Source: Octopus vulgaris (taxonomy: Eukaryota). Taken from it: a stretch of DNA of 64,000 bases. The stretch lies in the NCBI GenBank assembly GCA_951406725.2, contig OX597819.1, forward strand, positions 17,980,001 through 18,044,000. The letters run 5' to 3'. Within the stretch, counting starts at the first letter, position 1; each line of letters opens with the position of its first letter. Made by a program: the position numbers and the translations under genes. This document shows positions 26,306 through 41,742 of the stretch, in pieces. Below the pieces are notes generated by a model. The model did not search any database and was not told the origin of the DNA. It saw only the letters and a list, made by a program, of their open reading frames with translations.

Positions 26306-26559
26306 TACTTTTTCCATTTTAATTTAATCGAAATGCAGTCAAGATGAAACTTTGTACGCACAAATATACACGTCACCCATTGCTGTTCTAAACAGGAATC
26401 GAAATAAATTTAATACAACAATGTGAATAGGTGCACAAACATTTACACACACACAGTGCACATACAACCCACCCATACTTGCACTCATGCACATAAGAAG
26501 CACACAAATATGCTGAAATGAACGATTGTTTATGTGATAGCTGACCATAAGTCGACTGG

Positions 26560-27330
26560 CGTCAGGTTATTGATTTGCCTCGGGTGGGGATGTTAAACAT
26601 ACACGTATACACTAGCTTGTGAATTGGCTAATCCTAAAGAAAAAATTTCTTAATAACGCGAATACGAATTGCATCATGTTTACCAACATCACATGCATGG
26701 GTGCATCACTGATATTAATTCCTGCTAATTTAGATACATTCAAACATATAAATTCTGAGCGTAGTTCCAAGCTGTGGAGTAAAATGATTTAATAGTATTC
26801 ATATTACATATCATATAATACCTATGATATTTGGGAAAATGCTTCTTGACTGAAAAACGGATGTCGCTTTCATAGTAACTAGTGAATTATACGAAATATT
26901 CCCAGATTTATAGTTATCTTCTTGGTCGTATTGAACATATTCCTTATTTACAGCAAATCTATCTTTCGATATAATAGGATTTAAGAGGCAATTAAAACTG
27001 TGCTCGTTAGCTGACAAACAAGAAAATCTTAGATATATTTCTAATGAATTAACTTTAATGTTTAAGATTGTTTGAAAATTTATTTTTGAAACTAGAGATT
27101 TCAATAAATTTTCTATTTATGTAAAATGATCTTCGAGTACGATTCCAGGTAATGTCGGAAAAAATCCGAAGTAATTGATACACGACTAATACTATAGAAA
27201 AAATAACTAATATCTTTGAGGAAGAGAACGAAATTCTACATAAATTCGTCTGAAGCGTGGAGAAAACACTAGACATAACAAACAGGCCATTATCTCTGTA
27301 CAAACCACCTCTTAAGTTATAGAATTCACT
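26560..27330 (-). mobile_element. Heavily decayed PLE of a second lineage (RT/thumb region)
   Basis: GLYRDNGL (decayed GLYRDDGL), FSDITWN..RK..SN, RFSCLSANEHSFN and KKHFPKYH..NMNTIKSFYS, in the expected order across frames. Confidence 0.6.
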
Positions 27331-27738
27331 ACTAAGTAGTAACAGTACGGAGAAATGATATCAGTAACATCAACCAAATACTCCTTCAAATATTCACGTA
27401 AAATACTTTTATTTTATTCGAGATGTTTTATCATAGATTAGCGCTACGTTCCGATCATGAATAATCAGGCCAATCTGAAAATCATTAATCTGAATTAGAG
27501 TTTAAATAAATTGATAGACCCATAGAAATAGCGGCAAAGTGAGTGACACGGTATTAATGTTTATATTTATTTGTTTATGTGTGTGTCTGTCAGTGTGCTT
27601 GAGTGAGTGTTTGTATGTGTGTGTGTGTGTGTGTGTGTAAGGTCACAAGATCTAAGAAATATAACGATGATAAAATGACAGAGAGAACAGAGGAGAGAAA
27701 GAAGAAGAAAACACGAAAAAGAAGTGATGCAGAAGAAT

Positions 27739-27786
<48 letters not shown>

Positions 27787-27914
27787 GAAAAGAAGAAGAT
27801 GTAAAAGAGGAAGAAAAAATGTAGAATGAGAAGAGGAAGAAATTGAAGAAATGAGGAAGAAGGAGAAGGAATGAGGAAGAAGTTAGGAAAAAGAAGAAAA
27901 AGAAGTTGAAGGGA

Positions 27915-28002
27915 AAGAAGAAGAAGAAGAAGAAGAAGAAGAAGAAGAAGAAGAAGAAGAAGAAGAAGAAGAAGAAGAAGAAGAAGAAGAAGAAGAAGAA
28001 GA
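27915..28002. repeat. (GAA)n
   Basis: Direct reading. Confidence 0.97.
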
Positions 28003-29346
28003 CTGCCATGGGAGGTGTAATGTATTAACTGTGTGAAGATGACGGGAAATTAATTTGAATGGAATAGGAACGAAAATATGAAAGAAATAATATGCCACCA
28101 AAATACCTGCTTGAAATATCAGTAGGGGTTAGTTAACTTTAAAATCTTAAATGAGGATCAAATCAGTTGCGTAGAGAAAGGGAAGCAAGGTAGCTAATTG
28201 AGTAAACTGTTTAAAATAAATTTTATGTAAAACTATTAGAAGGTCTTGAAAAAACAACCTGGTAAATAACAAAAGTCTGAAAATTTAGGGTTTACAAGAA
28301 ACAAGTGTGTTGTAATTTATGGAGGTTAATGAAGGGAATTAAATAAAACTATGAAGTGCATTCTACAAGGAATGATGTTTACATGATACATGTAAAACCA
28401 GATCGACGCATGATCATTACGGATTGAAAGCTACAGCCAAGGGCAAAGTTTATTGTATTATATATAACGACAACGAAACATATGGCCTATTGTAACGAAT
28501 TACACATACATACACGCATAAACGTACATCCATGCATTCAAATATGCGGGCGTGTATGTGAGTGAGTGTGTGTGTGTGTATGTGTACTCTTCTACCGAAT
28601 GTATTGATAGGTTATTAACTAACGCTATAAAGAGACGTATATAAATAGTCTGTTTTTATTTACGCAGTCAATAAATATATTCGAAATATCACTAATGTTT
28701 GTATATGTATGCGTGCGCGTATCTATGAGCATGTGTTTATATGTACGTGTTTCTCTGTGTATATGTGTGTCCGAATAGTAGTCGATAACACTCTGTGGAA
28801 TTTGTAACGGAACTCTATTTTCAAACGTTTGGCTAGAAAAAGAAATAAACATTTGATATCTTTATACATTTATAATTCGTTGAAAGATTATATTAATTTA
28901 ATTCTAACATCTAAACATTTTTAGATAAGTATAAAGTAATGAGAATGTACTAAGACACCTTCGTTCTGGTTCTATATACGAATATACAGAGATTTCTTCA
29001 TCAAACAACACTAAACTAAATTAAAAGCCTATCCTGTCTGCTGGAAGTTCACGATTCAAACCAATTATACTATACTAGTGCTGGTCGAATGTTTCGCCAT
29101 TCCTTGTGTCGTTGGCTTTATTGTAAATATATATACATTATGAATATGTATATGTATATAAATATATATGTGTGTGCATCTGTGTATGTACGTATGTGTA
29201 TGTGTGTGTGTGTGTGCGCGCAGTGGAATAGTAATCTTACAATATATAGCAGGTTTGAAATGTAACGAAATAAATTATATATATATATGTGTGTGTGTAT
29301 GTATGTGTATTTACATATGTGCGGATCCATCCCTTTCTCTCCCTCT

Positions 29347-29391
<45 letters not shown>

Positions 29392-31341
29392 TGGCAAAAT
29401 CAGTGCAAATGTTATTATATTTCAAGCTAGATATGTTGTCTCCGTTTGTCTTGCTGCTGGTATTGGTCCCAACCTTTATTTCTTTTGCGATGTATATTAT
29501 ATAATAGAAATTACACACAAAATATTGCATTGTCGTATGAATATCAGGGATTAGCTACTAAAACATAAGCATTTGACTGAACAACGTAAGTACTTAACAG
29601 TCAGATTTCAAATGCGATATGGTTGGTACTGTCTACTATATAAAGATAAGGCAACACCTCAACACCTGGCAAAGTTGATTACAGTGGTATTTGAACTGAG
29701 AAGGGAAATTCTGAAGAAATGCCTGAAAGCAATTTTTCCGGTGCGCCCACATATCTGTCGGCTCGTCGCTTTGGCTGCAGAATATGCATCAGATAATATA
29801 ATACAAAGAATACAAATAAATCAATGGCTAAGTATTTTATTGTGAAACCTCTCTAACGTTTCACACCTGGCTTTTGTGATGGAGAATGAATTTCGATGGT
29901 GTTCGATGTAACGAAACTCACAATTGGATCTTTGAAACAGAACGCTCCACTGAATTCTTTTCCTCTGTCATAGAATATAAATCTATCTATAAGTAGTAGG
30001 CTGTTACACATTGCACTCCTTTGCATTACGTATTCTATTTTTATGTAGAAATATCTGTTGATCTTCACGGTACCTATAACCACTCTAAGTCCTTTTTCTA
30101 TTTTCTTCTGCTCTTTATGCTTGATTCAGATTTGTGCAATGTCGGCTATCTACTTTTAAACCAGTGAATGGTAACCAATCAAGTGGTGAAGCGTCAAACA
30201 ACTAATTAGGGATAATTATGTGTTGAAGAAAATAAAATAGTAACCATTCATCAATATGGTAATTTTTACTGCATGTATTACAGTAAAACCCGAACATGTT
30301 TCGGCCTATTTTAAACGATTCACTGATGCAAACTCTTTACAACAGCACGGCGTCAACTGCTGTAGATGTTCTCATCAAATATAGCATCACATCATCGCAT
30401 TTGACAGATCGGTATAACACTGTCCTCTGCACGATTTTAATACAGTAGACTGTATTTCGCTATGTACAATATTAAAAAAAGTGGATGTGTGTATGGCTAT
30501 GTAGTCCAGTTTGTGTCTTCGCTGGTCCCTTGTTTAGTCTTTGTCTGCTGTATCTTTAACGAGAGGCTTTTGACATGTTGACGATCGTCTAAACAAACAT
30601 TATGAATGAAATTTTGTAAGCAGTACCTGCGTGGAAGGTCATCGGAACAAACGTGCTTTCGTTGTGATTTACTTAATACACTATCTGGTTGAACAACCCG
30701 TTGCTGGCTCCTTGTGCTTTTAATGGCGGTTAATCATTTGCAAGCATCTGAGCCAGGATTCCTGTCAGAAAGTAACATTTCCATTTTCTGTCCTCAGTCA
30801 AACAGAAACTCCGCGAAAGGTCACAGTCGCTGCTTAAGCGTTAAAAGGATATTTAGAGAAATGTTCAAATAAATCTACGTAACGTTAGCACTTAGTCCAC
30901 TAACACGGCAAAAACCTTTAATAGTACAGTGGATCATTAATAGAATACTTTGTTATAGTAGAGAAACTGGCCAACAGTCTGGGTTACTGTTAAAATCAAT
31001 AAGCTTTATATGAATGTATGTATCATTCCCGCTTTCTTTATCTCTTCCTCTCGCTCAGTCACTCTCTCTTTCTCTCTCTCCTCCCTCTCTCTCTCTCTCT
31101 CTCTCTCTCCCTATATACATGCAGGCGCGCGTGTGTGTGTTATTCTTGAATATTCACTTCCCTTTCTAAAATGGAAATTTTCATCAAAATTCTAATTGAA
31201 GTTCATAGCAATTCTAAAATTTTTATTTCTCCCTTTCATTCTTCTGCATTAATTCGTTTTGTTGCAGTAACCAACCGCTTCACAACAGTGTACGATCGTA
31301 TATATATATATACATAAACACATAAACGCATCCATCCATCC

Positions 31342-31384
<43 letters not shown>

Positions 31385-31417
31385 TGCGTGTGTGTATTTA
31401 TATGTATATATATGTAC

Positions 31418-31521
<104 letters not shown>

Positions 31522-33329
31522 GTATGTACGTATAAATATATATATCTACGTCTGTGTGTATCTATCTATAGACACACTCACATGTATCGTTTTGCAATAA
31601 TATTACACTAGCAAGTACAGTAAAGATTTATAAGTCAATACCGTGTATTACTTGTCTTTTTCTTATAATTTAGAGCCAGCACCGAGTGTTAGGACGTTAC
31701 ATATATTTGTGAAAACACATAGGTATACACAAACACACACACATATTTTCTGATACACATTATCAATGAGTTATTAGAAAATTTTCTGTAAGTTTGTCCG
31801 TTTTTTTGTTCGTTTAATGGTTTCCTTTCATTTATTCAACCATCTTCATAACCTTAGTACACTTCGTTCACGGAGGTTAGGGTGATTTGATTTGCTGAAT
31901 TTTAATGTTTGCAGAACTGCGAAAAGTCCGGGCGTTTTGTTTCTTGTATTGTTTTATGGCGTCCATATATTGAATATATTGATACATAGGACACAGGAAC
32001 ACGGTATTTTTATCGTTGCCTTACCATGCATTCACAACAAGTAACAAATATAATGTTGCCCAATCTTCATAATGCAGTGAAGAACATATAGTCAAACGCC
32101 AAAAAATTAGTTGACAACAGATTTAAGAGTATATGTATTTGAAACATTTGGTCATACAATATTACATTTAATTTGAAGAAAAATAGATCAAAATATATCT
32201 ACTAAGACTTAAATTGGTACAACTTTTGAATCTGACGTTGATGGTAATATCTATTGTAAGTTTATTCATAAGTTTATTAACAAAGCGCTTGAATAACACA
32301 AAATTGTAGCCAAATTTTATTTTGTAGATGAGGCAACGAAGATTTTTAAAAATATAAATGCATTTATAACTTTAAGAACCCTCTTTAGCCAAACTATAAA
32401 GAATAACTAATAGAGAACGCTGAAGAAAAAGATCGACTGAAAAGTAGGTTTTCTGTAAGAAAGATAATAATATGGACAAACAGATACAAAATAATTGCAA
32501 CACCGTAAATAATTTAATTAAACTATTTGGCATAATATCGAAACTTTGCTTTTCCTACTGAGAGTAAAACTATTAAATAATATCTGCAACAAGTAGATCA
32601 TGAAAGAAACGAGTGAAACCATTGGAAACTAATTGATTGAACTTAATTTCGACCTGTTCTAATATTGCAACTAATATATCCATGTTATTTATGACGAATG
32701 TAATCAATTTGCCCTCATTAGTAGAGTTTTCATGCTTTCAACATTTTCAGGCGCGTGTGTACTGCACCTACTGGTGAAATTCTGTTATATCCACCAAATC
32801 ACATTATATTATCAGCAATGGAAATGTGAAATATTAAGTTGGTGCTGCAATATTTGAACGCAATTTCACGGTCTGGATTTGAATGCTTTCTAGGGTAATA
32901 TCATCTAACAGTTTTCCCTGTAAATGGAAAGAGTGATTATCATAAATGAAAAAGAAATGTGACAATCTCACTCAAATATATTGCTTTGGGAACTAAACGA
33001 TGCTTGTATAAAGGAACTGAAAAATACGTTGAAATGAAGTGGCTTCCATTTTGGATATACACGAGGACTCCACTGAGCTTCGTTAAATAACTTCTGATCT
33101 GAGAGACAAAGAAGACAATTACCAGCAATATTTCTTAGATATCTCCAAATCACTCTATCTTACAGACAAGTGTATTAGAAAGACAAACTGAAATAATAAT
33201 GCGATATAAAAATACACAAAACATATAAAATAAATAACAAGACAAATAGATTTTATTTATTCTTCAAAATCATACAAACATATATGTATACGTGTGTGTA
33301 TATATATATATGTATGTATGTATATGTAT

Positions 33330-33360
<31 letters not shown>

Positions 33361-34043
33361 CAAATAGATGTGTGTGTGTGTGTGTGTGTCTATGTGTGTG
33401 TATTTGTGTGTACCTATATAAAGATTCAATAATATGTTATTGGTTGTTATTGCTTTGTGAAGAAACGTAAATTTTCAATTTGTTTTTAGATTTAAAGATT
33501 GAGTTGCAATGTTCAAAAGCAAGCAAGTTGTAATTACATTAGTGAATTTGATTTCGCAGAAAATAAACTCAATCTTCGACAGCGATCTTTGTTTTAAAAC
33601 CGAGTTACGACTCTCTTAAGTAAACACATTGTGCTAAAAGACCACTTAAAGCCGCTTCTGGTGATAGATTTTAATCTTGTATTTTCTGTTTCACATGGGG
33701 ATAATCAGTACAATTAAACTAAGTAAAATCATGTTAATTTGACGCAATCTAAACAATACGTTTTTGACACGAGACGTCTGCGGTGGAATCGAAGACGTGT
33801 TTTGTCAGATAGTTCAGCTTGGAGTTTGGCTAATCGATGTGACAGCAAGTTGAAAATTGGTTTTGTTCATGTTGCTGATGTGCCTCATGATATAATCGTT
33901 TGTCATTCTAGAAATATTTGGTAGTCATTGGTGTTTTTGTATGCTAGGTACTGATTTCATTTATTATTAATCACTGCACATAACGTTTATCAATATTTGT
34001 GCGATATTGTATGCAGGCAAATTGACAGCGGCATTGATATGGA

Positions 34044-34506
<463 letters not shown>

Positions 34507-35229
34507 TATGTAAATATGTATATGTATATATATATAGAAGTCACTTTGCTATCTCGCCTGCCCATGGCTTTCAGGTGTTTTAACATGTGGCAATCTGAAA
34601 GAATATTATCCACCCCCACCCCATATTACAGCTGCCCGGCAAATACACGAGGGATATAAATTAATTTTATGAAGATGATAATGTTTACTAGACTAGTGCT
34701 GCTTATATTTCATATACACACATATACACGAACACAACTCCCCCACACGCACACGTAGTAAAATAAAGTTTCAAATAGAATCAAGTAATTGAAAATATAT
34801 GTTCCGTGTAGGATTGGATAAACCTGTGGTTCGGGCCTTTGGTTGGTAAATATCAAATCGGACATTCCGGTTGTGTCATCGGAGAAAACGAACTCTATGA
34901 GCATTTGGCGCCTAGGGTTTGGTCCAAAGCACGCATTACGTTGAATTGTGCGTTGTTGTTATTCTAACATACAATAGATATCTTATATTATTATTCATTT
35001 GATTATATGTATATTATCTATCATTCTATCTATCTATCTATATTTGTAGAAGATAAACATTTTTCGGTTGTTAGTACTTTATATCCGCAATTGCAATCGT
35101 ACTTATAGGGATTTAAGACTTGGATGGCAAACATGTTTATATTAAAAATTCAAATAATAAAAAATAACAAAAGCTAATAAAAACTATATAATAAAAGTGA
35201 TAAAAAATAATAATATCATATATACGTAC

Positions 35230-35356
35230 CCTTAACTTAGCTGTTCGGCAAAACACACCGATAGAATAAGTCATAGGCTTACAAAGAATAAGTGCTGGGG
35301 ACGATTTGCTCGACTAAAGGCGTTGCTTCAGCATGGCTGCAGACAATTGACTGAGG
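35230..35356 (+). mobile_element. SINE 3' module (ggcggtgctccagcatggccgcagtc type)
   Basis: The same module occurs at 7436-7490 (+) and at 4365-4500, 40405-40545 and 63405-63470 (-). Confidence 0.7.
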
Positions 35357-35779
35357 CCGCATTGGCGGATATAATTTCTTTATTTGGGAATTAGGTCTAC
35401 CATTGATTTCATGTAAAGAAAATAGGAAAATAAACAAGTGTCTCAACAATTTTTCAAGGCGTTCAGATGCTCGCCTCCATTTTGGAAACACAGTCTCGTT
35501 TAGTTCGCGATGATTCTCATGAGCTCTCGTAAAATAAAATTACGAGTCAAAGGACATTACTCTTCGGTGGCATTATTTGGCTATTTGTCTCCCTTCGATT
35601 TGTTTTTTGGTTAACTGTTTGCATTATGTTGCTTTTGTTTTGGGTGTAGTAGTGTTCTTATACTTGTGTGCAGAGGCAGTTTGTCATTGGGGCATATCTT
35701 ATCTGTGTGTGGAGTTTGTGCGTTATGTGTGTTCAGGTTTCGCTTTCAGAAAACAGGTTATGCTGGTGGGGTATACGTC

Positions 35780-36080
35780 GCAGGTGGTGGCTCTTCTTTG
35801 AAGTATTCGAGTGTAACATATTGATTGTGTATGCTGGGAGAGAAGGTTTCATCCCTAATGTTTAGGATGTTATTCGTTGATTCTATAATGCTTAGTTTTG
35901 CAGTAATACTGAGTTTACAATTGGTACACCATGCTCTGTACACTTTTGTTGTAGCAACAATTATCCATTCTCTCTTGGGGTTGCTTAGATCACCTCCCTT
36001 TAATGTCAATATCGTATATGATAGGGATGCTGCATGCTTATTCTGATTCTGAATGTCTCCTGCGGTTGTGTATAGGTCTC
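35780..36080 (-). mobile_element. Decayed PLE GIY-YIG C-terminal fragment
   Basis: SLSYTILTLK..EWIIV..Y..CTNCKLSITAKLSII..ILNIRDE..H resembles the PLE C-terminal pattern LS.YIW.LK..WSI..CNLCL.EK..LLN.R.E..C.H. Confidence 0.55.
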
Positions 36081-36228
36081 ATTGAATTATTTACACGTCA
36101 TTCCGATATACGTCTTTCTTAATCATTTGTGGTCTTTGATCTTGACCTTGTATATGAGTTCTTGCTAGAGACAGTAAACACGGTAAGTGAACACAACACA
36201 AGTTGTCAAGCAGTCGTGGGAGACAAAC

Positions 36229-36324
<96 letters not shown>

Positions 36325-36534
36325 TTACATATACGAATGACGTCTTAAAATTACGTCTGCCAAATCTGTTCGCAAGCCTTAAGGCTTTGGAAGAAGATAC
36401 TTACCCGAGGTATCATGCATGAAGTTCGAAGCCAGAACCATGTGGTCGGAAGGCAAACTTTTCACCACACAGCAATACCTGTGCCTATACACACACAAAC
36501 ACACACACATACATATATACATACATACACTCAT

Positions 36535-36587
<53 letters not shown>

Positions 36588-36699
36588 TCAAAAGAAAAAC
36601 AGGATGCAAACGATTTAGCGGTACATATGATATATATATATCAGAGGTTTTGATATCAAGAAGGCCGAAGATACTTCCTATGTCCAACCTTTTCCAAAA

Positions 36700-36857
36700 T
36701 AACTCTTCATATTGAGGTCCACCTTCTCCCTTTCGTTAACTCTCTCATATCCCCTCTCATTAAGGGATATTCCTAATATCCCAGAAACAGCTGTAAGACA
36801 ACCTTTCTCTTTATAAATGTCGTATAATTTCCACAAACCCTTGGTTTCGTTGTCTCA
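36700..36857 (+). mobile_element. HHR-like element family C; decayed motif at 36752-36799
   Basis: CTCATTA A GGGATATT-CCT-AATATCCC A GAAA CAGCTG TA AGAC, with a perfect 8-bp stem II and palindromic ACAGCTGT. Homologous to 7856-7980. Confidence 0.65.
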
Positions 36858-36870
36858 CACACACACACAA

Positions 36871-36972
<102 letters not shown>

Positions 36973-37164
36973 GTATGTATATCTATATATATATATATGT
37001 ATATATATAAATACATATATTCTGAGAACTGGCTCCATCACGCACAGAATAACCGCCATTAGATATTAACAGATCCTTCAGCACTATTATAGGATACTGA
37101 TTCACTACTACTACTACTACTACTACTACTGCTGCTGATGCTGCTGCTTGCTCTGCTGCAGATG

Positions 37165-37233
<69 letters not shown>

Positions 37234-39553
37234 TTATAATTATGATAATAATTATTATTATCATTATCATTATTATTATTATTATAGTGACATTGATTTC
37301 AGATTCAGGAAGCAATTTTGAGGGGAATAGAAACAGCTGATACCATTGAACCTGGTACTTTAGGGGCCCTTCGATTTATCCAGCCTGTAACGATGGAAGT
37401 TGATTTCATTGAGACTGAATTTGAACTGAGATTGCGAAGAGTAGGGAGAAGTGCCACAACAGATGCTTGACGCATTTGCTTCACTCGTTTATATTTTGAG
37501 TCCAAATTGCACAAATGTCATCATTGCTTTTTATTCTAAAAGAGTCCGATAGAATTAGTACCAGTCTAGCATCGATTTAAAAGACTCTACCTTCCTCTAA
37601 ATGATATGTTTTTGTGCCAATCTGAGAAACCGATATTATCTGCAACTAGAAAGAAATTCACCGAAATTCAGCGAATCGATAGCAGTATTGGATAGCTCGC
37701 CAAGATGATGACAGATCATATCTCGTCAATGTATTTGTTCTCGGCGGCAATAGCCAAGATACTTAACACTCAAATGACAACTTCACGTCTTTCTAAATGA
37801 TATGGTCGACAAGAAAGAAATCGAAGATTTATTCAGCTTAGTGTTTAAAATAACAATAGACCGATATATTTGATAGTTCTAGCCGTGTGTTGATGCAGTG
37901 TAGATCTGACGAGAGAAAATCATGTACGCAGCGCTGAAATAATTTCCGTCTTGCTTCCTTATGCGAAACAGTTTAACTGCCATAGAACGTAGGCGGTCAT
38001 GCTAGACATTGTATCCCTGGAGGCCACGAAATAGACAGTGTGTTCCTTGCCAGAGTGCCTTTCATCATAAATATATAGGATCCACCTAATGGCGGGGGTT
38101 AAACAGCAATAAGTAGGAAGAGAAAGAAAAGAAAAACGGAAGTAGATGAAAAGAGTAACAACAACAATAACAAGAAAAGAAAATGTGATGCAAATTTGAC
38201 TTAATTGTTCATCTGTTTATCACATCGGAAATATATATGTATGAGTTACAAATTTATCGTTTGTGATGAGACAAAAAGAGTTTCTTAATATCGCGAAGCA
38301 AGAAAAGAGTGATAAAGGGGGAATAAGAATGACTGGTTCAGATTTTCGCTCAAAGGAACCGGGTTTAGGGGTAAGTCCATGAGATCGACCTTACTTCTTG
38401 ATTTGTATTTATTTTATCGACCAAGTAAGGACAAAAGAGATAGTAGACTTTGGTAGAATTCGGACACAGGATGTAAAGAGCCAGACAAAATGCCGCTAAA
38501 CATTTTGTTCTACGCGCCAACGATGCTGTTAGCTCTTGGGAGGATGATAATCAATTACAAAAATGCTAAATGGTAAACTGTCTGAAATTCTGTGGTTGAT
38601 ATATAAACTTATGTGAGTTTTATTTGCGAAGAGGAGGGTCGGGTGAAATACATCACCATCAACACCACATCAAAGAAGCACTGCTGATGCAGAAGAACAG
38701 GTCAGTGACTTATAAAAACATTTAGAATATTTTATGGTTTATTGTGTTTGCTTGGCGAAGTACCACCTACCAACGAATCATTACTGCTTACATACCAGCG
38801 CCAGAAATGTGTCTAATATGCAAATTGGTATATCCAATAACTCAAAACCGCTGTATACGGTGGCTATATAAGCAATGTGCTCGGAGGCGAGAGCGGGTTA
38901 GATGGGGGATGATGAAATATGGGATATACATTAGTTACCCATTTATGTCTTCGACCTCATTGTTTGCTAACACCTGACGTTTCGATACGAAACGTAGCAA
39001 AACTCATTGCTGGTTACAAGTTCCATAGAACATCTGTAGAAATAACTTTAACAAAATAATGTAAAAAGCACTGCTAACACAGAAGAACGTGGTATTGACT
39101 TATAAAAACATTTAGCATACTTTATAATATATTAGGTTTGCCTACAAATCGTTAATATCCAATTCTATTTTATTCGATCAGCCTTTTCATTTCTTTTAAA
39201 ACATTAATGCTTGGATTGAAGTTGAATTCGACTGCTATTACTTGCAGAGTGAGCAACCACGAACATCAATGCTTCTTCTGATGGACTCACTAATGATATT
39301 TTGTTCCAGTGAGTGGGTGTTCTTCTGGTGGTCGCTTAGTGCGGCTGCAGCTGGTTGGTTGGTTAGATGGTTGGCTAGTTATTTATTTATTTTTTTCCTC
39401 ATGCAGATATTTTCATTGAAGAAGCTGTTGCTGTTGTATTCTATTGTTCTTTCGATCACCGCTCGACAACAGAAGTCATTCTATTTGTATTTCTTCTCCC
39501 ACACAAACGCGCTCACAAAAAACGCATATTAATTGACAAACACGCTCACACAC

Positions 39554-39592
<39 letters not shown>

Positions 39593-40632
39593 AAATGACA
39601 AACGCATTTGATCTGAGACTACACACAATCCTACACCTCCACACACGCACACACCCACACACACACAAAACAGTCGTTAATTTTTTACGTAACTGATTTG
39701 GCAGCGGTAAATATTTTTGTTATTAGATTCCATTGTATAAAATTTGGTAACAACGTTGTGTAGAGTCACTTTACTAAAAGACCTCCAAAAATAAAGAGAC
39801 AAAACTCTGTACAACAAAACGAAAATGATAAACAGGCACAAAACCAAACCAGTATCACAGGCAATGTTGACCATGCTTACTTGATTTGAAATCTTATTTG
39901 GAATAAAGAAATATTATATGGCATTCTTTTTAAGCAGTTCTCTGGGGCTCTATTGACCATTATAGAACTGGGATATTAACTATGGCATGATATCTGTTGA
40001 TCAGATACGTGGCAATGTTATCTGAGTAGAAAAAAATAGACAACGGAGTAGTTTATAATGGATGTATATATGAAGAACGAACTAAACTAGTGTCGAACAT
40101 TTAGCTACGAACGTATGTGAGTGTCGGTGTGTGTTTGCGAGGGAGTGTGTTTAGACGTTTCTTTGTAAAGGTGCTTATATATCTCACGTCATAAAAGGAG
40201 AAAGGGAAAAAGGACAAATCCTTTTTTAGAATACTTACTCTCCAGGCACATCACATAAAGCTATGAATAAATTATGTGAGGTTCCTCGAGAGCCAATGTT
40301 CCAAAAGTAGAATCAAAATTATATAAGCCTTGTATGTATGTAAGTAAGTATGTATGAATGTATATATGTGTATATATATGTGTGAGTGTGCTTATATATA
40401 TATTTTTATTCTTTTGTTTCATGACTGCGGCCATATGGGAGCACCGGCTTTAGTCGAACAAATTGACCCCAGGAATTATTCTTTGTAAGCCAAGTACTCA
40501 TCCTATCGTTATCTTTTACCGAACCGCAAGGTTACGGGTACCTAAATACATGCATACGTACATACATGCATACATACATACATACATCAATACATACATA
40601 CATACACACTCATATATATATATATATATATA

Positions 40633-41330
40633 TATTTGGTTGGCAACTAAGTTCTCATCGTTTTTTTAAATTTAAATTTTTTAAAAGGTTTAATAAAAGC
40701 AAATAACAATCAATAATGTATGCATCCTTGTTGTTTACAACTTCTTCCCAAAGTTCAACAAGATGTTCAATACCTTGTTGGTAGAAATCACCCGATTTCG
40801 AAAAATTGATCGAACCGAACTCTCAATTCTGTATCAGCATTGAACGAAACTCTGCGCATAGCATTTGAAAGAGATCGAAAGAGGTGGAAATCCGTTGGGG
40901 CCAAATCAGGAGAGTAGGGCGGGTGTGGAAGCACTTCTCAGTCGTGCGTTTAAATGGCTTCCTCGGTCATATTGACGGGCGTTATCGTGCAGCAGAATAG
41001 CTCCATGTTGCCGATTTGCTCTTTTCACTTGAATAACCGTGTTCACCGTTTGTTTCCGTTCAAGCAATTCGTAATGGATAATCCCTTCCCAGTTCCACCA
41101 TACCCACAACATCGTTTTACGCGAATGAAGATCTTGTTTCGCGCGCGTTGCCACTTGATTACCGGGGCGAAGCCATTCCTTACGCTGCTTCATAATTGAT
41201 GTACAGGCACCATTTTTCTCTGCCACTTCCCTTGTCGGTTGACGAGAATTTTCGTGCAAATGTTGGTTTAATCGCTCTTCATCGAGCTCAACTGGACGGC
41301 CTGAACGAGGTGCGTCTTTGAGGCCAAAAT
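40633..41330 (-). mobile_element. Decayed mariner element
   Basis: KTMLWVWWNWEGIIHYELL, ILLHDNAR and HPPYSPDLAPTDFHLFRSL across frames. TIR-like tatttggttggcaactaagtt after (TA)n. Confidence 0.9.
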
Positions 41331-41394
41331 TGATATATATGGAAAATAAAAGTCAAGGTAGAAAATGCTGAAATAATTTTATAAAAAAACATTT

Positions 41395-41430
41395 CAGTAC
41401 CGGTTTCAGTCATTGAGACTTTTCCAACTG
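41395..41430 (-). ncRNA. Hammerhead-like motif with U3/A8 core variant
   Basis: Minus strand reads CAG TTGGAAA AGTC-TCAAT-GACT GAAA CCGG T A CTG. Stem I is CAG/CTG, stem II is AGTC/GACT, with palindromic ACCGGT. Confidence 0.5.
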
Positions 41431-41574
41431 TAAGTATGGAAAAAAAAATTTGGAAAAATTAAAAGAAAAGATTTTAAAAGAATATTAACCTAGTGTTCAA
41501 ATACAAGTGACATTTTCTTTGTTTCTGCCTGTTTCAATCTCTCTTGTTTACTCTTGTGGGTTAACCCACAAGAG

Positions 41575-41740
41575 GGTTAACAGGAAAACAAAAGACGAAG
41601 ACAGGTGTATGAACATCAAGCAGGTGTGTCAGGTAGATGTTCAGCAAAATGGAACAGTCTTTTACATCTTGAGCCTACGTTCTTCAACAGAAAGGAACAC
41701 GAGAAAATAAACCGAGAGAAATGTGGGCTGTTACACCATC
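41575..41740 (-). mobile_element. Decayed family-B HHR-like element; motif at 41659-41694
   Basis: Minus strand reads cttt CTGTTGA A GAAC-GTAG-GCTC AAGA TG T A AAAG. Flanks aaaagacgaaga..gtgt and cagaaaggaacac are shared with 24548-24753. Confidence 0.6.
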
Positions 41741-41742
41741 CT

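Noticed and set aside
29083-29123. Minus-strand GCCA..TGGC-GAAACATT half-hammerhead
   Set aside because: The core and 5' stem I are absent; it may be a truncated remnant but cannot be supported.
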